Assembly (NCBI RefSeq): GCF_003704095.1
Contig: NW_020845861.1
Location: 372,001-436,000 of the forward strand
DNA: 64,000 bases
Source of the DNA: Pocillopora damicornis
Taxonomy: Eukaryota
Reading direction: 5' to 3'
Part shown: positions 54,601-64,000 of the stretch, piece by piece
Layout: every line of letters starts with the position of its first letter
How positions within the stretch are numbered: position 1 is the stretch's first letter
Made by a program: the position numbers and the translations under genes
Notes under the pieces: generated by a model
Told to the model about the DNA's origin: nothing
The model's input: only the letters and a program-made list of their open reading frames with translations
Databases searched by the model: none

Positions 54601-57600
54601 GATCCATCTTCAAGCTCATTTGGTGTAGCAAATAGGAACCTAAACAAAATGTATCACACTGATGATCTTGATTTAATTCATAGTTTAGCTATGATATGAA
54701 CATCGTTACTGTGATGATATTTCTACACAGCAACAATTCAAATAAATGAATTTAAGTAACTTTACAAACTCGAAAGTGATAAAGTTTAAGTGTCTTAGCA
54801 TTTCTAAAGACACGCTAATTTCGGATTCTCATCTAGATCGATTCACTTATGTTAAAAGAGTTTCATTGTGAGGGTTAAGTGCACTTGCCCTTTAATTACG
54901 TTTTTTTTATATATTTACTAAAGGTTAAATAGAAAACAAACACAGGAAAGAAGGTGAAGTAGTATTACTTGAGGTGTCAGACCTGTTGTAAGGTGTTAAT
55001 CAATGTATTCTTGGGTCGAAAGAAATGGTTCAAGGATAATAAAGTATTATAGCAGGCATGACATGCACCTTTAATCTTAGGATCCATGACATCTGTGAAA
55101 CTTCTAAATGACCAATCTTTGATAAATTCATCTCTGAGAACCATGGCAGTATGTACTATTCCAGCCACACTTGGAAGAGAGTCAAGCTTCTCTTTTAGTG
55201 ACTGCATTTGCTCTTGGCTGGATAGGTCAATCTAGAGCAACAAAAAAGAAACTTTGAAATACATGGGATACGATGTGCTTTACTTTCTGGACATAACACA
55301 ACGTGAACCTATATAGAATTTATTATCAGGGGAATGCAATCATAAAAATGTTGCACCAAGAGAAAATTTACTATAACAAACATGCTACAACGAACCTGGA
55401 AAATATGAAACTTTGCGCTTGTCTTGGTCTCAGTACCTCGTACTTGTTGATACTCGGCATCTGAGGGCTTGGAACGACCAATCAGTCCAATAGACTTTGC
55501 TCCATTCTCGGCCATCCAACGTGCCACTTGAAATCCGTATCCTCTGATCCCGCCTGCCACCAAGTACGTTCTTTTTTCTTTCAGACCACACTCGTCTAGA
55601 CCGCGTGGAAGAACGGGGGTCTTTTGATAATCACCGCTTTCTTTAGATGGAGCAAATGAGTGAATCAGAAAAGAAATACTTTGAAATGTTCTCATGGAAT
55701 TTTTAAATGGTGAGTTGTCCACCGTGAAATCGTTTGTAGCTTCAATGGCCGTCGTTATGTCCATCCTTATCAATTTGATTTCTTGTGGCTTTTTCAAAAG
55801 TGGTCCACCTTTTANNNNNNNNNNNNNNNNNNNNNNNNNNNNNNNNNNNNNNNNNNNNNNNNNNNNNNNNNNNNNNNNNNNNNNNNNNNNNNNNNNNNNN
55901 NNNNNNNNNNNNNNCTTGGAACGACCAATCAGTCCAATAGACTTTGCTCCATTCTCGGCCATCCAACGCGCCACTTCAAATCCGTATCCTCTGATCCCCC
56001 CTGCCACCAAATACGTTTTGTTTTCTTTCAGACCACACTCGTCTAGACCGCGTGGAAGAACGGGGATCTTTTGACGATCACTGCATTCTTTAGATGGAGC
56101 AAATGAATGAATCAGAAAAGAAATACTTTGAAATACTCTCATGGAAGTTTTCGATGGTGAGTTGTTTACAGTGAAATCGTTTGTAGCTTCAATGGCCGTC
56201 GGTATGTCCATCGATACCAATTTGATTTCTTGTAGCTTTTCCAGGAGTGGTCCACCTTTTAGCAGCTCTAGACTCTCTATACTGAGCTGTTGATAAGTTT
56301 GTGGTGTTAGGAGGATGTCTGAAATGCTTTCTCTCACATACATAACATTTTTCTTCGCAGGGAAGACGACGTCTCCATCAAATTCGGCTCCCAAGATAAC
56401 AACTTTTCCTCCGCGTTTGAGATTTCGACTGCTTTTTTGGAGAGCGTTCGGAGGGGGTGGGTAGAAAAACAAAACTGCATCAAAGGCGTGTCTGGAGTCA
56501 TCTTCAAATTTGGCGAGGCTCTGATTTGTAACATTCTCAGCTCCCAGCTCTAGGAGGGTAGATTTTGTTACGGATTGACAAGTGTCAGACACAGTGCAAA
56601 ATACTTTGTGACCCATTGCTTTCGCAAGGGCAACTGCTGCAGGTCCAGGGCCACGGTGAGCTTGATGTATAAGTAATCTCATATTTTCTTTCTTTGTTGC
56701 TGTGCGTTTTAGTGCATGCAAAGCTATGGCTAGGCAGGCAGGGATGTATGTTGCTTGTTCCTGTGTCAAAATGGCTGGCTTCACAAACGTGTTGGTGACT
56801 TGTATGGGAAGGGAACGAGAAACGCGCCCAGAGGCTGTAACGCCGCACACAACGTCTCCTATTTGCATCTGATTATTTGCGGTCTCTCCTGATAGGTGAG
56901 TGACCTCTCCAACGGTGAAAACACAGGCATTTGGTTTGGATACATCAAGAATTGATTCCGAAGGTGTCCAGCAATAAAGCAGTTCTATTGTGACCTCGGA
57001 GGGCGATGGTTTTGAAAAGCTCTTCTGGCGAAGGCAGACTTTCCTTGTACCGGGGATAGACGATAAGTACAAAGAACCCCAGTCGCTTTCATTACTGTGT
57101 GGTGTGGGTTGCTCTATGGATATGTTTGATCTCACAACATGATTTATGAACCGCTTTCCATCTCGAAAGGCGACCTCCTCTTCAATGCTATCGCCAAGTA
57201 TTTCCGAAAGCAACAAGTCCACCTCAGTAATGTCATTCTTGTTGCCAAGATCAATGGTTGTGATACCCAGATCAAATTCTTCGAGTTTCGCTGTTCGTCG
57301 AAGTCCCCAGATAGTAGACGCCCAAGGAATGGAATTGACTTGAGACTCAGTTGTGGTATTTAGGAACTGTGTACTTTCAGAGACGAGTAACAGTCGAGAA
57401 TCAAGCATTCCCTTGCTTACGAGCTGTTGGATCAAGAAGACTGAGCTGCTGAAGGCGAGGTTTTGTGCTTTTTCAATAACATCAAATTTGTTTGGTAGGA
57501 GATTTGTCTCTACTGGCCACATGTTGACGACTTTGAGGAAGGATAAATTGCCTGAGGGTACACCAGTTAACGCTGAACTGATTACGTCTTCCGTTTTGGT

Positions 57601-60600
57601 GTCAAAAGATAGAGCATTGGGTGGATCAACTGTGATTACGTTGACTTTTGCGGTGCGAAGTTTTCCGATTAAGGTGTCTGATAAAGGAGAGCTGTCCCTT
57701 AGAAGAAGACAGGTCAAGTTTGGCGAAATTTCTCTTTGTGTCTGTAACTTATCTTCAATCCACTGCACTTCATAGACAAGGTCATCAGAGGGAAATCGTC
57801 GTGGTGTGCTATTTAATTCTGCAACACGGAATTCCCTCATGGTCAGTAGAATTTTTCCAGATGGACTGGTAAGCGTGACGTCGAATTTTCCGAACTCTTT
57901 GACATCCCCAATAACGTGACAATAAAGTTGATTGGTATTTGGAAGGTCATTCAAAGTGATACCTTCAAATCCCACCGGTACAACAGACTTCTCGTCAATA
58001 GCTGAAGATCCAAGAGGAATGAAGCAGGATTGAAGACAAGCGTCTAAAATGGAAGGGTGAACCACATAATTTTCAATTTCTGATTGAACCATGAGTGATT
58101 CACGGATATCGATCAGGCAAAGCCCCTCGTTATCACGGTACCAGGTCTGTTTAATGATGGAGTAAGCACCACCGTACTGAAAGCCGTACTTTTGTGTTAT
58201 TTCTCTGAATCGTTCAATCGGCATCTCTGTCATACTTCTGATCAGGTCATTAACAGCTGGTCCAACTTGATTGCAGGCTGTTAGAATCAAAATGATGGAG
58301 AGATGTATTTTTTTAACTTCTATTTAAGAGTTATTGTCTCTTAGAATTGTTACGGTCACAGCATCTTTTCCAAGAAAAATGCGTCATTAACTTGAACATT
58401 TTTTATCAAATTTTAAGCGATAAATTTTTTAAATTTTTAAACAAATGGATAGATAAATCGATATATAACGAATCGAGAATCTTGCAAGCGTTAAATGTTT
58501 TGGTACCTTCTTCCTCGAAGTTTCTTCTTGTGTGCAAGAGATCTACGGAGATGTTTCCACCACTTAACATAATTTCAGACTGGTCTTCCTGTACGCTCGT
58601 GATCTGGAACTGAGCGTTATCAATTATTTCGGTCCTTAAAAGGCGAAGACGTAAGGATCTAACCTAAAGTGCAAAGGACGAAGAAGTCAGATAAAGTCGA
58701 CTTAGCTCCTTAGCTTGCCTCTAATTAATTTGCACACATAATTATTACCTGTGTTTCAGGAAGAGTGAGAAGACTTGAAAGCTTCACATCACTTAGTTCC
58801 AGGCCAGAGGTATGAACGAATTTATCCTTTACCATTGCAAAGGCCATCTCCAAGTAAGCAGCTCCAGGCATCACAGCACCCCCCTCGCTTAGGGCGTGAT
58901 CCTTCAGGGATGGAAAGTTGAAAAGATCAATCTCAGTTTCCCAGCAGTGTAGGCCTGAATATAAGTCGGTCATTTTGACTTGTGCTAGATAGGGATGTGT
59001 TGGCTTCTTAATGGTTTCTTTAGAGTCAATTGGGTGTACTATCGCTTGTGGTGGGTGTTCCCTGTACCAAAAGCTGCTTTCCACCCATGGAGATTCTGGT
59101 AGCCGGATGAACCTCGCTGATTGGCTCCCCTGCACAGAAGTCCAGTCAACAGGAAATCCCATTGTATACAATTTGCACACCGTGTTCTGAATAAAGTATC
59201 TGTGCTGGTCCTCGATGGGCACTCTCTTACGAGGAAGAGTTGCAATGACAACAGGCCTTTCTTCTTCCGTCAGATCTTCCTGAAGAGCTATCTGTTTCAC
59301 GTAATGGGAAAGAATTGGCTGCGTACTGATCTCAATTATCTGTTTGTAACCATCCCGTAGTAGGTGTTTCATCGCTGAATAGAACCGAACAGGACAGCGT
59401 ATATTTTGCCACCAGTAATTGCTGTTTAATTGCTGACCCGAGACAACTTCACCTTTAACCGTAGAGTACATCGGAATTTTTGATAACTGAGGGTTAAATT
59501 TCACACTTTTCATAGCTTCCTGAAATGGTTTTTTGATCGGCTCCATGTGAGAGCTGTGAAATGCACGATTCGTTCCAAGAACGCGCCAGAAAACATCTTT
59601 TGCATTCAACGATAGATGTTGCCCAAGTGCCTCGATGGATTGCGAATCACCAGCAACTGTGACACTTTTTGCATCATTGACCGCTGCTATGTCGAGGGTG
59701 GCGCTTAACCTTAGATCAAAAAGTAACTCCCTGGCCTTTAATTCTGAGATTCCCAGGGCAGCCATACCTCCATTGTTCGGGCATCTATCTTGAAGATTGG
59801 CGCGAGTTAATACCAGCTGAACTGCTTCCTTGACAGTAATGATACCAGCAACACAGGCAGCTGCAAACTCTCCTAAACTGTGACCAATAACAGCAGAAGG
59901 ATGGACTTTCCAGGACTTAAGGAGCTGTGCAGTTGCGTACTGAACAGCAAAAGTGGCTGGCTGGGCAATGTAGCTTTCTGTTATTCGTGAAACGTCTTCT
60001 GGTGCCATCAATTCGTCCTCGAGTGACCATGTTTCTCCCAAGTCTTTAAGAAAGCTGCTGACTGTTAAAATAGCATCTCTGAAAACAGTTTCAAATTCCA
60101 TTAACTGCCTTCCCATGGCATACCATTGTGACCCTTGACCCCCAAACATGAAAACGACTTTTCTAACACTCGAAGTCACCTCGGCATAAGAAGCCAACTT
60201 TTCCCAACCAACGGAGTTAACAGCGAAAGCTTCCAATGACTTGGATGCTTCGAGAGCGGTTCCAAAGGCAAGAGCTAGGCGATGCGGATATTGGCTTCGA
60301 CGTTCGTTTAAGGAATAGCACAAGTCTTGCGCAAAGTGTTCATCCGTTTCATCAGCCTTGTTTTTAATCCACGCGGAGTAAAGCTCTGACATCTTCTTAA
60401 GACCCTCTAGAGAACGAGCTGTAATGGTGAGGACATTGTTCTTGCGTATATAGTTTTGACCTTCAAAACTTGGCGTCGGTGTAGCTTCACGAAGAATGGC
60501 ATGCACATTTGACCCACCATAGCCGAATGAGTTTACGGCTGCTATTCGCGGCTTGCCATTTTCTGTGTTCCAAGCCTCTCGAATTTGTTGCAATATAAGT

Positions 60601-63600
60601 CCTTTTTCTTCTAGCTTTAGTTTGGGATTCAACACCTTGACGTTGATAGTTGGTACAAACGTCTTGTTTCTTATCATCAGAGCGGTCTTAATAAGCCCAG
60701 CAAGTCCAGAAGTAGATTCCGTGTGATTGAGATTAGATTTTACAGAGCCAATCCTCAATTTTCGTGAAGAAGTTGCGCCCTGGTTAGAGTAAGTATCTGC
60801 TATAGAGTTGACTTCCACCACATCACCAATTGCAGTACCAGTCCCATGTGCCTCGAAGTAATCCACGTCTTCTGCGGTCACTCCTGACTGCTCAAGTACT
60901 CTTCTTGATAACTCAGCTTGCATCTTGGCACTTGGAGCAGTGATGGGCACGGCATTTTGACCATCGTTGTTCATTCCACATGCAACGATCTCGCAATAAA
61001 CATCGTCTTTGTCACACAGAGCATCTTTTGTCAACTTTAACACAACCGCTGCGAAGCCCTCCCCGCGTCCATAACCGTCCCCAGAAGCATCAAAACTTTT
61101 GCAACGGCCGTCTGGCGCGAGAAGTCCGGCCATACTAGTTACCATCTGCATGGAATGATCAAGGACGACATTGGGTGCACAAACGATGGCTATATCGCAA
61201 TCATCGTGATGGAGATTGTCACAGGCTAGTTTAAGGGCAGTTAGCGATGAAGAACAGGCTGTATCCACAGCAATACTTGGTCCTGTTAGATTTAGGCAAA
61301 ATGACACTCTGTTGGCAAGAATAGACGCCGTTATCCCCGTTGAAGAATACTGATTAATGTTGCTGTAATTAGACCGGTCTGTTGTGAGAGCGCCGTACTC
61401 AAGGTTCATCACACCAACAAAAACACCTGTTCTACACTTTTGTAAATCTTCAAGCCGCATTCCTGCATCTTCGATTGCCTCGTAGACTACTTGAAGGAGT
61501 ATTCTTTGCTGAGGGTCCATCGCGCGTGCCTCTTGATTGGAGATACCGAAGAACCTGTTGTCAAAAGTTTGTATTTCTTCCAAGTAGGAACCATTGATGG
61601 CACAAAGGCGTCCATTAACGAAGCGCTTAGGATTGTAGAGCTCAAAAAACGCTTTATGCTCCTGTGTTCGATTATCGGGAAACGGACGGATGGAACTCTT
61701 TCCTTCCTCAAGCAAAACCCAAAAAAGGTCCTTACAGTTGGCGCCGGGGAATCTACAACTGATGCCAATGATAGAGATCTGGGGACGTTTAGCCTTGAGC
61801 TTTGTTATGTCACCATTCCGTGCCTCAAGTAACATTGAGTCATATGCTTCCAGGTAATGTTCCACTAACTCCTCGCTATCCTTAGAATTAAAATAGTGAA
61901 CTAACTCCTCAAACAATACAAGGAACGTGGGAACGACAATCAGAGCATGGATTGACCCTAGAGCGAAGACCAGAGGAAGTAGTAGAAAGAAAATATCTGA
62001 CAGACTGGGAAATATAAATCCTAAGGAGATAGATGCTAATATGGATGAAATTGTGCCTGCTAGCACGGATACTCCAACAGAGCGTAGACCGTCGATCATG
62101 CGATCTTGTATACCCTTCTTAGCTGAGAGTACGTACGAATAACCCACTTCAATACTAGAATTCAAAGAAAGGATAATCGTCAAGTAAAGAGAAATGAAAG
62201 ACACAGGATCGAGATAAATTCCAAACGTGTTCATAATTGCAGCTGCTTCCAGTACTAGGACGTCGAATGCTAAAGTCAGGATTGTACTAACACCTAGATG
62301 ACACGTCGCAAATAGAGAAACTGTAAACACCACCACTGTGCCAACTGCGAGGACTATGGAGATTGTTTCTTCTTCTAACTTGACGAGGTCGTCAACAGCG
62401 AAAAACTTTTCGGAGACTGGAATAGCTTTCAGGAAAGAATATTCTTGTAAATCGCCCCTCAGTTTCCTCAGGGATTTTCTATCGTCTTGAAATCGGTTTT
62501 TAAGAGTCATTCTGAGATGAATTCGAGACGCCGATATTTTGACAAGGGATATAGAATCTTTTAGAAGCAAGTCTTGTCTAAACGGCAAACTTTGGGAATT
62601 GTTCAGGAAAATCTCAAAGCATCGGTAGAATTCTGAGTACCGACAATTCATGTTTTGATGTTTAACCCATTGTCGGAAGTCTTCCGTCCAACAAAGCGAC
62701 CTTCCTTTACTGTAAGGGGCCTCTTGCAGTTTTTCACACAGTGATACTACTTGATTTTGCACACTTTTTAGCGGGTAGTCAATGTCCTCGGAGAAAACGA
62801 TGCTTACATCAGTTTCGTTGCTAAAGAAAATTTGTCGTGCCTTATCGAATTGCTTGAAGTTTTCATTCTGGTAGTATGAGTCTATGGTACGTGCCCTCTC
62901 TCCAGTTTGAAATGCAGACAAAACACACAAAATAATGAGTAGGGCGAAGATACCAAGGGAGATAATTTTGCCGCCAGTTGATGTTATTTTACGAGCTAAC
63001 GTCTTCAGAATCCGTTGCAGTTTTGTTTTATGGTAAAGTGAGTGTCTTAGTTCAAAGCTGCCAGCTTCAACGTTCGACAACCTTCTTTCACATGCTGCCG
63101 CACAAGGAGTATTTATGGTCTTAAGCTTCCTTTCAAAATACAGCAACACAATGACTGTGATTGTCAAATTAGAAGCAGAAACAGCTAGATGAGCGGCAAG
63201 TGTTGCAAAGAAGAAATGGGAAATTCCCCTGAACGAGGATTTCACTGCCACTCCACAAAGAATTGACCCACAAAGCGCAGTTGCGGTGGCGAGGACCCCT
63301 GTTCTAGCCAGGCAATTGCCAACGCGATGTTCAAGTGATGGCACCATTTGATGCCTTTCCCATTCAACGAGGAAAAGTACCACGTCTGTAATTACTTTCC
63401 CCAACAAAAAGAATGGTATGAACAGTGAAGTTGAGGTAAAGGCAAAGTTCGTCATCGAGACAAAACCTGCAGAACACGTTAATGGTAACACAAAGCATGA
63501 GAATAAGAGGAGGACCGTCCTTAAACAAACGGCATTGGCAGAAGAAAAGTGTATTACAATGAATGCAAGGGCAGCTATCGCAAAAACTGTAACACAAAGA

Positions 63601-64000
63601 GGCCATAGCTCTGGTTTGAGGACGTCTTGCAAGGCCTTGGTTGTTGCTCTCCCAGTCTTGTAGGAAAGTTCTGCACATTTCAAGCGAGGACTGACTGATG
63701 TGAGGAGATTGCTAAACGTGACTTCAAAATCCTCGATTTTTTGGTACTCTTCTGGACTGGTTGTCTTTCTTACGAAGTAAATAGCCTGAAGAGCGTCGGC
63801 ATGAGCCGTTAATCGATCTCTGTTCCGCTCTAGGTAGAAATTGGCCAGCATTTGACGATAGGAATGTTTAAATGTTTGGCCAGAGGAAAGAACAGTAGTA
63901 GGCTTTACCGACTCGCGAGCCAGAATAGAGGAGAGATTTTTCAGATTTTGAAAATTAGTTCCAGCTAACTCAAGAGGACTGCTAATCATGCAATTTTTTT
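48672..64000 (-). CDS. Membrane-anchored iterative type I PKS: Patched/NPC1-like TM domain-KS-AT-DH-ER(degenerate)-KR-ACP-TE-PH-like; 5' end outside the window. Exons: >64000-58749, 58663-58507, 58277-55915 joined to 54474-54403, 54237-54075, 53637-53359, 52987-52599, 52260-51970, 51569-51252, 50784-50554, 50390-50069, 49717-49589, 48892-48672
   Basis: KS motifs DTACSSS, EAHGTGT and KSNLNH; AT motifs GQGSQW, GHSLGE and RAFHS; DH motifs DHALSEGGAVMPG and HPSILDACLQ; KR motifs GGIRGYG, VLRD and SSMAS...QSSYSACN; ACP GIDS; TE GYSYG, IDT and GDHY. Eleven hydrophobic helices lie upstream of the KS in the same ORF. All inferred introns are GT-AG with consistent phases. Confidence 0.9.
54595..55814 (-). 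repeat. Diverged second copy of the PKS ER-end/KR segment (exons and introns), placed between two 100-N gaps
   Basis: Duplicates 56261-55915 and 54494-53595. The flanks of the two gaps overlap by an identical 20-mer (55915-55934 = 54475-54494). Confidence 0.85.

Noticed and set aside
55309-58290. 993-aa ORF suggesting tandem KR domains or a second PKS module
   Set aside because: The repeat lies on a contig between two 100-N gaps whose outer flanks overlap by 20 identical bases. A single KR restores the frame.
63987-63989. ATG at 63989 as the PKS start codon
   Set aside because: The frame stays open to the window edge and TM1 of the Patched fold is missing, so the true start is upstream.

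Overview
Eukaryotic, intron-containing, AT-rich genomic scaffold with many N gaps. The gene content and repeat families look like a stony coral (Pocillopora-like; this is an inference). From left to right: (1) 1-12.6 kb, a gap-rich duplicated region with an intronless class A GPCR, three TRIM (RING/B-box/coiled-coil) gene remnants in inverted orientations, and MITEs; (2) a multi-exon malate synthase gene (+); (3) NAA15/16 (22 exons, -) head-to-head with RNF121/175 (8 exons, +), which together carry three U12-type introns; (4) a second intronless GPCR and a small ORF with an RVxF motif; (5) the standout, a >15 kb minus-strand gene running off the right edge. By hand-splicing it encodes >3,390 aa with the architecture Patched/NPC1-like multi-pass membrane domain - KS - AT - DH - degenerate ER - KR - ACP - TE - PH-like domain, i.e. 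a membrane-embedded iterative type I polyketide synthase. The membrane domain and KS-AT-DH(N) share one uninterrupted, gap-free ORF, so the fusion is not a gene-model artefact. All exon coordinates were derived by eye and should be confirmed with RNA-seq.
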